From: Paraspadella gotoi
Lineage: Eukaryota > Animalia > Chaetognatha
DNA length: 64,000 bases
Direction: 5' to 3'
NCBI GenBank assembly: GCA_051294375.1
Contig: CM119265.1
Span: 23,115,514 to 23,179,513 of the forward strand
Both the position numbers and the translations under genes were made by a program. Numbering within the stretch: the stretch's first letter is position 1; every line of letters starts with the position of its first letter. Shown here piece by piece: positions 23,606 through 35,555 of the stretch. The notes beneath the pieces are model-generated. The model did no database searches. It saw only the letters and a program-made list of their open reading frames with translations, and was not told the DNA's origin.

Positions 23606-26600
23606 TATAGATTTATAGCGAGGCTACGAAGTCGCTCGAAGGGAATAATCAGATTTTCCTCGATTTTCCGTTCAAGAAATGGTTTCCATCGAATTATATA
23701 GTCAAGCCCACTACGAAGTGTGGCAATATGGGGCATATTTCGAAGCATGGGGTCTTGCGGAAGACAACTGGGGGGGAGCGCGAGAAAATTCGTATATTGT
23801 TACAATGTAAATGTGCACTTAACAGGACTGGTTTTTGCCTTTTTTTTTTTCTGTATTTCTTTTCCTACTGTCGTAATCTCATAAGATTAAAAACAAAAGG
23901 TAATTATGATTACAGATATGATAGACACTGTCTTGGCTTCATTTCAAGGTAATACAGTCTGTTGATTCATGCAAGGCTTGCTTGCTTAATCAAGCAATCA
24001 GAAAAACTAGTTTTTAAGTCGTTTTTATACCCATCGTGCGCAATGAGAATTGTTAATTTTCTGATTTTAAGACTATATAGTGATCTCTAGACTTTTCTTT
24101 AGGGGGGAGCGCGGAAAAATCCGGTCATGTTATTAAAAATCGAAGAGTAAAATCCAAATAAGATTTTAATTCGATACAATCCGTTTAAACATTCTTCTGT
24201 TTATGCTCGCTGGGGCGTATTGAATTTGCTGGGAATATTAGTTCTTTGTTACGCGTGCTTGGCCGGAAGCCTCAATGTATGGCTGTGGCTCGCGATTCTT
24301 TTGTTGAGCGAATGAAGCTTCGGATGACCACTGCCGACAATGAAAACGGTTTATTTCCCTCTGTGTTTCTTTTTAATGGCTTTTTCTGGATGCTTTCGAG
24401 CGGGAATTTAAATCATATTCAATTATTATCAATTATTCAGCAAGCTCGATCGGCATTACAAGGGGAAAACGAAAATCGGTCATTTTCAATCGGACCGTTG
24501 TCCGCCTAACGTCTTACCGCTCGCGTTAAGATTTGATAAATTAAAGTTAAAATTATTAATATTAAGATTAGATGTAAGTTAAGATGAAGGGTAAGGTTAG
24601 GGTTTAAGTTTAAGTTGGGTTAAGGGCAAATAGGGTAGGGGTAAATAGGGGAAAATTAGGGTTACGGGTAAATTAAGGGAAAATTAGGGTTAGGAATAAA
24701 AATTAAGGGGTTTTTGGTAAAGGAAGTAATTTATTTCTCGTAAATGTCAGTTTAATCTTCATATAATTAATATATAATTTCAATAATAATAATATGATAG
24801 TAATATTAATTTAATAAAAAAAAAATAATATTAAGACGGTCGTCCCATTCGGAATCAACGACACGGGGAAAAAAAGTCCATATCCCGTTCTCAACCGGCT
24901 CATTGGTCGAACCGATGAAACGGACAAAATCACAAGCGTAAAGCATTTCTTGAATTTCACAATGTTTTTTTTGTAATTACTTATTACTTCGCACGGAGTA
25001 CACAGCTTACGATCATTGTATTTTTCAGAATCTACTATATTGTACCTTTCCTTCGATGCATACTTGTTAATAATCATTACATGTAATAACTTGTTTAAAC
25101 TTAATATCTTATCATGTAACAACAAACGGTCAATGTGTTCGATCCAGATTGTGCAGCCGGCGTTGCTGTGATTGCCCATTGGGATGCGGGCACTCATCTG
25201 TTGGCTTTCGGGGGCTTCCGACCCTCAGTGACGCCTCCAGTCCTGGCGCGTTACCCTAGGACGTTTTTCTTGCCAACGCAGAGGGAAGGTCGTTAGGGCT
25301 GTGGATGATAATCACTACGCCTGGGATGGTGTGTTTCGCGCCTCTGAGCCAATGGATTTGCTGAACGATGATCGGACACTGAGGCGGTGGTTGAATATGC
25401 GCTCAAACTCTGAATTTTACTTTCGGCTCGCTCGTGATTATTTGAATGATGAATAAACGTTACGCTTTTGTACGAGAAAAAAGTTGCTCCTTTAATTTTT
25501 TTTAGAATAATTGTTTCAAAATTTAAATTTTTCAAAATGGATTCTGGATAAAGATTCAAAAGTTAGATAAAGGTTAATATTACAAATTTTTTTACAAATT
25601 TAGATGATAAATGGGTTAAAATTTAAAAAACCTTAAAAAATTATTATCATAGTTATGCATCTCAATAAATTTCATAGTTTTATTTAACAATATTTATAGT
25701 GGTATTTCTGTTAATTTTTTAATCTGTTACGCTTAGTCAGCTGGCTTACTGGCCGATAAATTTGCAGGCGTTTTTAATCATTGTTTATGGTCCTAAATTT
25801 TCTTTTCCATAAAGAAACGGATTATTTTTTGTTTTTGTTTTTTTTTTCATTTTCCCCATAAGCCTCCTAAGTTGTATACTAAATAGTAAACTACTAGTAT
25901 ACTAAATCCAGGATCGCCGGTACAATGCTTTTAGTAACACGGTAACATATCTTTTCTACAATTGGGATCGTCTTTACCTACTTTGAAAAAATTGAATTGA
26001 ATTGCCTGGTTCATATTTTTTTTAATGATTTGAAATTCTTTTCTCTTTGAAGTTCAGATTTTTTATTTAAGCAAACATTTGGAAAAATAAATTTTTTTGT
26101 GCTCGTTCAAAAAATAAGTTTTGTTGCCTCTTCAAAATCCTTCAATGACTGTGTGCAACTGTGCGCCTGCGAAGAACACTGTTACAGGTATGTTTTCAAT
26201 TATAAGCAATTTAATACATTGAAAATATTATAAGCAAAATACCTGCTATTTTAAGATACTCATTTGGTTTAATTTTAGAATAAGTTTTTGAATTCGTCCT
26301 AGGTTATAATTAATACTGAGTAATTTTTTTGGGCTACTTGTTAAATATTATTTTATAAAATAAGGGCTTGATGATCGACAATGAAGGGAAGCTTTGCATT
26401 TACGGGGCATCCACGGCACTTAGGACGAGGCAGGAACAAAGGGCGGGTCAGCGAGTCTTGCAATACTTCAGGATTAAACTTTTTCAATCTGTAAAGATTT
26501 TAAATCGCCGTAAATATTTTAAAAAGTGATTTTGATGTTACTTTTTTATTTATCAGAATCAATAGGCAGTCTGTTAGCTGAAACGTATCATCGTGGTTGC

Positions 26601-28172
26601 ACGTTTCAGATTGCTTTTACATATTATTTTTCCCCCTTTGTAAGTTTATAAATAATATTCTTTTAATGGTTTATTAATCACTGATTTTGCGCGCTCTCTA
26701 CTCTTCTTTCTTCTGCCTTTGACTTACTTTGTTTTATTTAATCGCAAGATGATCTGTTAAAAATGGATCAAAATAATTGTGCTTAATCACATGTAATCTC
26801 CTATGTTAAACTTTTATTTGATAAATTATGTGTTGAAAAAATGAAACAATTGGGCTGTTTAAATTAATATAACTTAAATACAAATATTGTCTTTTATTTA
26901 AATAAAACAGACATTTGTACGAGTACATTCATAGGAATCTGCTTTACCATGGTCAAATCAAAGTTGTCGCACAGTATGTTAACATTTATTAGTCGATGGA
27001 GAAGAGTATGGTCATCAGTGTATTATTTTTAAAAATTTTTATCCGTATTGTTCTCTGGAACGCATATCTGTTACTTAAAATCATTCACGTTCTTTAAGAA
27101 CAAACTGCTTTAAAACCCTGGTAACAAGGAACCTAAGTCCCTGGCTTTAATTTGATTAATTAATGATATTAATTACTTAAAAAGTAAATAATTTGGATTG
27201 CGTATTTTGTTTTTATTTATGATAAGATTTGACCTTTTTGCCTTAAAAATTATATAAAAATAAATATTAAGCAATAGAAAAACGTGATACACATGAACAA
27301 ATAAAGTTGTACGCAAATATTTATTTTAGCAATTACTCATGATGTATGGGGCGATTTGACTTTGGAAATTTTATGTGGGTAGAAAAGTTGTGGGATTTAG
27401 CAGAAATCAAGTTTCGATAGAATCGTCCAGTGGGATATTAATTAAAATAGAAAAAACGATTACATTTACCCAAAATGTTTAATTTTTATTTATATTAGAT
27501 TGGATGGAATAGAATGATGAAGCAGAAATCAAGTTTTAAAATGGAATCGTGCCAAGTAGAAATGAGTTTAAAATGGAGAAAACAAAAAAATTCCTTTTTC
27601 ACATATTTTTTTTAAGCTGCATTAATTATTTAGATTAATAAATTGGTAATTAATGAATTATTAAATTAATTATTGTGATCGAGGATTGCTTTGGTGATTA
27701 AGGGCGAGACTGAAAGTGGAAAACCAATTTTGGATGGGGAAAAACAAAATTAGATATTAATTTATTAATTATCTGATCAGCTTGCCTATAGCTAATGATG
27801 ATGGGCAGATCGGCATTCTTGCTCAAACTTGTTACAAATGTTCATGCCGCTTTTTCCGGCCGATTCGTCGAGCTCGATTTTCGAAACACGATTTCTTTAT
27901 TGAGTCTTGGGCCCGGAATCGAGCATCTCTTCTCGTAGCCGTGCTCGTTAGTACAATCCTTATGGACCAATCGAAATCGCTTAACATAGGGCGACTGTGA
28001 TTACGCGAGGAAGCGATTTTTTGGGGTGACGTTTTGGGCTAGAGCAACTTTTTGAATTGCCTGGACCGATTGTGCTGACTTTTTGCAATGAAGCGCTCGA
28101 AAGAATTCCCTATCGTTCGTACCAAATTTGTACGAAAAATATTTAAAAATACAAATCTTGTATCCCTCGTAA
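23606..28172. mobile_element. ~4.5 kb insertion present in only one kinase copy (possible Tc1/mariner-type non-autonomous element)
   Basis: Absent from the equivalent intron at ~33575; ends TAGCGAGGCTAC / GTATCCCTCGTA resemble TA-flanked CGAGG termini; no transposase ORF seen. Confidence 0.5.
25170..25405 (-). mobile_element. Family-3 repeat (tRNA-like A-box head + twister-like domain), degenerate
   Basis: Minus strand: CGTTCAGC..TTGGCTCAGAGG..ACCATCCCA..GTTGGC AAGA..TAA CG C GC C..GGG TCGG AAGC CCC..GCCAAC; homologous to 53013-53110 plus 53716-53795. Confidence 0.6.
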
Positions 28173-29273
28173 TATAAATGATGGTTGAAAAGGATGAGGG
28201 AGGAGAGGGGAAGAGAGAGAGAGAAGGAGAGAGGAGAGAAGAGAGAGAGAGAGAGAGAGGTAACGGGAAAATCGAAACCGTTTGGAAAAATCGCAAGGCC
28301 GGAATTAACGAAGGCCAGAATTTTTTTTTGGTCGATCGGGAAATTCCTTTCTCCAAGCAATTGCTGAAAAAGGTGAAATTGAAATTAAAATAAATCAACC
28401 ATCGAATCAATCATATCAATCAATCAATCCATCTTACTTGAAGTCTTTTGGCTTACCTAAAACTGTCTGCAAACTGCTTCGCATCTTTTTGCGGCGTCTG
28501 CTTCCATCGACCACTTCTTCACGCGCAGTTCTTCGCGCTTCCTTCAAGTCGACGGAAGTGGATCGTCAGACCCTTCCCGTCGACGACCTTTGCCGTACAC
28601 TTCCGTCAACTGGACCCGCCGCTCGCTGGCGACCGGCCGTTCGCGCATCAGATGCGACGAAACTGTCAGTTCAGGCACTGGCATCTCGGGGGCTCCGAAC
28701 GAGCATTTTTTAAAATGAAAGTTTAATAGGAAATATTATGGGCGTAAAAGTCACGTAACGAAAATCCACAGATTGTAATCGACGTAATGAGGTACAACCG
28801 TCTTATTGATAATTAGTGTAAGCGAGCTTATTTTGGTCCTATAAGTAACAGTAAACTTAGCTCTAGTAGTATTCCCAATAATCATTACAATTAACTTACT
28901 TGTGTAGAATAAGAGATTGCTAACTTGCTGTGGTATGATACTCGCATGCTTGATAAGCATATAGCTTAGCTAAGAGAAGTAAAGTCATAAGTCATCGATA
29001 CCCAATTGGAGGAAAGAATAAGTCTTTATTAATAAACAAATATATAATGCTTCTAAAACATAATTCCTAACCCAATAAGTAAGAACTTAAGCACCAAGAG
29101 GATGGGACTGGCCATATTGGAAGCCATCTCTGTCCAAGTCCAAAGCATGAATTTCATGCCTGATAGCTTTAAAACAATAATGAAATACCTAAGAGTGGGT
29201 TCCATAAGAATATTTATAAGTTTAGCTTTATTGATACATTATTATTAATAAATGTCCGCAAACTCTCTAATTT

Positions 29274-29452
29274 ACCTGCTGGTCCTTAAGGGCTTGTGAC
29301 CATCAGTGGTCGTTTCCTATTGACAGGGCGTCCTCTTTATGCTTAATAAGAGTGAGGACTCCGGGATCGAACCCGGAACCTACGTTTGGGATGGTGCATC
29401 AGTCTGCAGACTAAAAAACCATTACGACTTTATTGTGGTGAGGCAGCTTAAG
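29274..29452 (-). mobile_element. tRNA-derived SINE relic in FAAH2 intron (duplicate at ~19212-19396)
   Basis: Minus strand CCGGGTTCGATCCCGG B-box/T-arm preceded by ACCATCCCAA. Confidence 0.6.
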
Positions 29453-29525
29453 GTCTTCGGAACGACTATATACTTGATCCTTTCACAAATCATGATAACC
29501 TCTCTCACCTCATTCACATCATCAG

Positions 29526-30788
29526 CTGCACAACCTTCGACTCTGAAGTGACGCCGGAATTAAGCCACGCTCAACGACGAGTGGCGTCGTTTCTCGGCGC
29601 CGCCGGCGCCCGCGTCGAAGAGCGCGACTTTTCCCAATTTAGAAACTTCTTCGAGTTGTGGGGAGCGATTAAGGGGACGACCGGCGCCCCCACATTTTGT
29701 CAGCTTATGGGGTTACCGGAAGGTAATACTATTTCTAGTAATACTATTACTAATAGAGGCCTGTGAATGGAATATTGTGGCTTTCGTGCGATATATTGAT
29801 TTATTGATTGATTGGAGAGAAAATCGTTCAAAGTTGATGCTTTATCATTATCAGTCAAACAAAATTCTTCGCTATGTTCCAGATTTTTTGATTTGATTTG
29901 ATTGATTGATGAGATTGATTGATTGATGGTTTTATTCATCGGTTCTCTGTCGTGTTTTCCTCTCATAGCTATCGCGGCCAACCCTTTCAAAGAGGCGCTG
30001 CTTTGGATCTTCGGTCGCTCCGGGCACACCTTTCCGGCGATCCTTTTGGGCTGGATCGAGAGAACGGGTCGTTCCACGCCGGCCGAGATGGAAGCCAAGG
30101 TCGCGGAAGCCCAACGTATTGAGGATGAGCTCGACAGACTTTTGGGTGAGATTAAATTTCCAGATTATTATTATTTTAGTTTATTATATTTAAGCATCTC
30201 GTCCAGGACTAGGAAACTCGGACCTTTGGGTTGCGGAGGTGAATGACCGCTGCCGCTGTTAACGCTTGGTGGATTTTAAGCCACCATAATTATTTTCTTT
30301 TCATGAATTACTTCAAGTTTAAGGTTTTTAACTAATTATTATCTAATCATCTTTATAGCTTTTTTTAAGTTAGTTGGCAAACACATTCTAGTCAATTTTA
30401 TAAGTTAAAGTCGCTATTTTAATGTATTTTTTAACCTTATTTTGTACACTTTAATCAATTTGGTAATAATTTTAATTTAATTGAACTTTTAGTAAAAAAA
30501 AATTAATAAAAACTAATTAAACCTTAAGGCGACGACGGAGTTCTCCTCTGTCCCACCGTCACCGACTACGCCTTCTATCATAATCAGTCCCATTTTCAAA
30601 AAGTTCGCCCCTTGTACACAATGATCTTCAACATATTCGGAGCCCCGTACTCAAGTCCCCTAGGGCTGGGCAAGAAGGGCGTGCCGGTTGGGGGCTGCAG
30701 GTCGTGGCCGCCAAGGCGACGACAGACTCTCCATTGCCGTCGCGGAATCGTTGGAGAAGAGATTCGGTGGTTGGGTCAACCCAATTGA
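29526..30788 (+). CDS. FAAH2: FAAH2-like copy C, 3' exons (~29526-29722, ~29943-30146, 30529-30788)
   Basis: ..RVASFLGAAGARVEE..; ..EDELDRLL|GDDGVLLCPT..YTMIFNIFG..QVPLGLGKKGVPVG..LSIAVAESLEKRFGGW; a few single-base indels. Confidence 0.85.
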
Positions 30789-31753
30789 TCGAGAAACGAA
30801 GAGATTGCTTGGGGTATTTGCGCTTCGCCCAAGACTTGGTCGGTCTGGAGCGACAGGTTATAAACCAAATGTCTGCTCTTGCCAGGCTCCGTGGTTTGCT
30901 CGTTGTAGGATTAGTGTAATTTTGTATATCAAGTTCGTTTACTCAGGGAATTGTCAAATGTTCAAATATTAGGAGTTCATTGCAAAATTTTGTACATAGT
31001 AGTCTTGAGCCTGAAATTTATAAGTGTAAATTAACTTAATCATTTTTTAATTTCTTATTACATTACAATAAACTACGGATTTTACTTTTGTTTTTTTCCA
31101 AAAGTTTTGTAAAGTTTAATTTGCTTTTTAATCTTTAGCTTGGGATGTTCTGTCTGACTTTATAAATTTTTGACCTTAACTCAAAATAATATGTAACTAG
31201 AAAAAAACCATTTCTTTTTTAATCAAACGTGCAAGTATTTTTGCTTAGCAAAACGACATTAATGCAAGGATTAACAATTTTTATTTAATTCTAGATTAAT
31301 CACTAAGTCTGCCAGTTAGTCAGGGTCTGAGACTCTTACAACATTAATCACTCCCTGTTTCTCTTAGAAATTTTAAAATCTCGGGTTTCCCTGATTTCGA
31401 AAAAAAAAGAAACCGGTCTAGACTCTAGTCTATGAATAAACAGGCAGAAAAAAATGACTCTTGTGGTCTAAATATAATCGAAAACCAGTTTTCCCAGTTG
31501 GACGACTCTGGGTAAATAAAATTAGATTATTGTCTAATTACTAATTTTTGATGAATGATGAAACTGAAATCTCACTTTTCTTAGTATGGAAATGGTCAGA
31601 AGCGAGATGTTCTTCAGCGTTATCATTTCGATAAAGACAAGCTATTTCCGTGAAAATGTAAAGTCATATATGCCCACATTCTTTTTCTTTCTACACTAAA
31701 ATGTGCTATAATTCTTTGGTTACAAAAGCTTTTTTTTGCTTCGAACCTACATA

Positions 31754-31856
31754 TTATTTAAAAGCCTTTAAATGAAAAACACCCAAACACTCCCGCCCTT
31801 CTCTCGCCGCCTCGCCTACCCACCGCGCCGCTCCTCGCCACACCCCCTTCCGCCAC

Positions 31857-31888
<32 letters not shown>

Positions 31889-34069
31889 CTTGACCGCTTT
31901 GCCGAGAAGAAATCTCCCCACGCTCATCGAGGGTCTCACGGGCTCTCCGCTTCGATCCCTCATCCCCATCCCAAAAGTCTTCAACAACTTCCTATGCACG
32001 CGGATGTGGACGGGCTGCTTGAGATCGACGACGGTCTCCTCCATTCCTAGGAAGAGGGGATCTTTGGACGCCCCCGCCGCCGCCTCCATCACCAACTCGG
32101 ACGAAGCGATCGAGTAGCGCGTCGAATCGAGAAAGAGAAAGTCGTTGATCAAGTGGCCCCCGTAGTGAAGAATGGTGCCCACTTTGGGACCGTCGAGAGA
32201 GACGAGGTCGAGCAGGCCGTCGCCGGCGTGGGAGAAAGGCAACACCCCGAATCTGGCGAATCGGTGACGGAGAGGAGTGAGGGCGTAGATGACCATGTTC
32301 TTCTCCTCCACCGTCTGCTCTTTCCATCGCCGCTCACTGGCGCCGGTTTTCTCGGCCTCATTTTCCTGTGCACACCGGCGACAATCGGCGCGACACACCT
32401 CCGGCGCCGCCGCGTTATTGTCCGGTTCCAAATATCTCACCCTAACTCTTACGGGATCCATTTTCGGCATCATGAACGGATAGATGAAATGACGGAACGG
32501 CCCGAACCATTTTCTCATCATGATGTCAATCTTTTCCATCGCCGCCAAGTCGAGATTTGTAACGCCGCCCATGAGCACCGCGAATCCGGCGAAACTGGAC
32601 GGGCTCTTCAGTGGATCGGTGTTTGTTCCAAGCGGCGTCGACAGCAGCGCGAAGGACGCCACGTCGGTGCTCATCACGTGACCCAAGGCGGCGTGAATGG
32701 CGCTGGTGACGGGATCGTGGACGCCGGCGGCGACGGTGGCGTAACCGTTTCCGCTGCCGCCGGGAATATGGACGATCGGGAGGCGCGGTGACGCGAATTC
32801 CACGTCAGTCCAATCAGTGGACGGCGCCGGGACCAGGGCGCCGCCGGCGTGGCGAAGGCGAACGGCGTCGTCGTCGTCGCCATGGGAAAAGTCGGCGTCG
32901 TCGAGTCGAGGATCGATGCCCTTGGAGATTCCGGCGTCGATCTTGAATGAGAGGGTGAGGGGGGGACATTATCGTAACGAAAGTTATAATGAAATTTCGT
33001 TACGTTTATTGTTAAATTAAGGAAAGGAAGAATGAATTCGATAGATTTACAGTTTATACTATATAGTATCTATAGTATGAAATTGGTACAACCAATGTAA
33101 AAATAATCCATTCATTTAATAAATAAGCTATCTTGCCCCTGACTTTGGACAGGCTTTGGTGGTTTAAGGCCTCCATCACTCTTACAAGATAATATATATA
33201 CTTGACAATCATCCATAAGTCAGTCATACTTCAGTACTTTTACAGTTTTTTACAGTGTCTAAAGCACTATTTCCGTCTTTCCCAAGCTCAAAATAAAAGC
33301 AAACAAACCAAAATAAAAACGAAACAAACTAAAGACAAAACGAGTCAAACCTGCGCCCGTTCCAACAATCCCTGAGCGGCGTCGGTAAAAGATCCGTCGC
33401 CGCCGACGACCAAGACGGCGTCGATATCTTCCAACCGGCGCCGCCAGAGGATCGAGCGCGATTCTCCGTGGTGGCGGGTGATGATGAGTTCGATCTCGAC
33501 GCCGCAAAGATTGAAGATCGGTTCCACCTCCTCGTGGAATATGGAGAGGCCTGCGAGGTGGAGGAGGAAGAAGAATATAATGATGTTGAAAAAGGATGAG
33601 GGAGAGAGGGGAGAGGGAGAGAGAGAGAGAGAGAGAGAGGTAACGGGAAAATCGAACCTTTGAAAAATCCGCAAGCCGGATTAACGAAGGCCAGAATTTT
33701 TTTTGGTCGATCGGGAAACTCCTTTCTCAAGCAATTCTGAAAAAGGTGAAAATGAAATAAAATAAATCAACCAATCGAATCAATCATATCAATCAATCAA
33801 TCAATCTTACTTGAGTCTTTGCTTACCTTAAAACTGTCTGCAAACTCTTCGGCATCTTTTTCGGCGTCTGCTTCCATCGACCACTTCTTCACGCGCAGCT
33901 TCGGCTCCTTCAAGTCGACGAAGTGGATCGTCAACGTCTTCCCGTCGACGACCTTTGCCGTCAACACTTCCGTCAACTGGACCCGCCGCTCTGGCGACCG
34001 GCCGTCGCGCATCAGCAGCGACGAAACTGTCAGTTCAGCACTGCATCCTCGGGGGCCCCGAACGAGCAT
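31754..34069 (-). CDS. CERK: Ceramide kinase-like (sphingosine/DAG kinase family); exons ~34069-33811, 33736-33659, 33551-33349, ~32942-31754
   Basis: PH-like N-terminal exon; ILAFVNPACG, VLVVGGDGS, IPGGSGNG, CERK-type CxxxCxxC (CRADCRRC), GDGLLDLV, IRVHRKLLKTFG. Confidence 0.8.
33076..33189 (-). ncRNA. Family-2 repeat; cleanest 59-nt type-P5 twister-like ribozyme candidate (33131-33189)
   Basis: UCUUGU AAGA GU GA UGGA GGCCU UAA AC C AC C AAA G CCUG UCCA AA GU CAGG G GCAAGA: P5, P2, P4, T1 and T2 can all pair. Confidence 0.7.
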
Positions 34070-35375
34070 TTTTTAAATGAAAGTTTAATAAGGAAATTAT
34101 GGGCGATAAAAGTCTACGTAACGAAAATCCACAGATTGTAATACGACGTAATGAGGTACAACCGTTTTATATGAAATTAGTGTAAGCGAGCTATTTGGTC
34201 CTAAAGTAACAGTAAACTTAGCTCTAGTAGTATTCCCAATAAACATACCAATTAACTTACTTGTAGAATAAGAGATGCTAACTTGCTGTGGTAGAATACT
34301 CGCATGCTTGAAGCATATAGCTAGCTTAAGAGAAGTAAAGTCATAAGCATAGATACCCAATGGAGGAAAGAAAGAGTCTTTATTAATAAACAAATATATA
34401 ATGCTTCTAACATAATTCCTAACCCAATAAGTAAGAACTAAGACCAAAGAGGATGGGACTGCCATATTGGAAGCCAACTCTGTTCCAAGTCAAAGCATAG
34501 AATTCATCCTGAACTTAAACTATAATTGAAATACAAAAGAGTGGGTTCCAATAAGAATATTTATAAGTTAGTTTAATTGATAATTATTATTAATAAATGT
34601 CCCAAACTCTCTAATCAATTATATCATCAATAGCTACACTAATGACAAAAGTGAATTCGTGAAATGAGAACATGAAATGACACAGGAACAGAATTTATGA
34701 CAAGTCAATGTCAATACGACAATATGCAAATGAGATTGATGAACTCAATCTCATTCTTGGTTGTATCAAAAGTTCCTTCCTTATACACGTCACAACCACG
34801 GGAAATCAAAACGTCCTCGTTTTGAGCACGGTCCAGCGAAGTGAAGCTCCAACAAAACGCGTTTCCACAAGGATGAAGGCAGAAATTATAGATAGTTTTG
34901 AATGAATTTGAATGAAAGAATGATAGAAAAGAGATGAATTTAAGTTGTGAAATGGTGAAAGAAAGTCAACAGAGTTAAATTTGTCAACATGATATGAAAT
35001 TAGTAACAAAATATTATTAACAAGCAAAACAAGAAGGCTTACCAAATAATGCGTTGAAGGCTGGCAAGGATCCAAGAATGCCCAGTTTTGTACTGCAAAG
35101 TAGTGCTGCTAGAGCTAGCAAGTAATTTTCCAGAAGTTTGACAAACCTTGGCATCTGACTGAGACTGACTGAAGGGTCATCTTAGCAATTACTTGATAAG
35201 CTTTGCAAATCCTGTTACCTTAACAATTCCTTAGATACTTCACAATATCCTGAGTTATCTTTATTTCACTAACAACTGAACCTTGCTTTTTTTTTTTTTG
35301 TTTTGTTTTTGTTTCAAGCAGTACTTACAGAAGCAGACTTTGAGAGATGAGAGGAACAACAATAATTTACAAGAA

Positions 35376-35429
<54 letters not shown>

Positions 35430-35515
35430 GCTCTACTGAATAGTGCCGTAAGGCTAGCAAGAGCACATATTATATATTTTGCATAGCAAAATGATGCCAA
35501 AGGCTAGCAATAGCA

Positions 35516-35555
<40 letters not shown>

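Larger units (their letters stand above)
21752..28706 (-). pseudogene. Ceramide-kinase-like duplicate, indel-riddled, with ~4.5 kb intronic insertion
   Basis: 21752-23592 and ~28180-28706 are colinear with 31754-34069. Confidence 0.75.

Noticed and set aside
15948-28706. Programmed frameshifting or RNA editing to explain the broken FAAH2/CERK copies
   Set aside because: Indels are equally dense in introns and repeats, consistent with sequencing error
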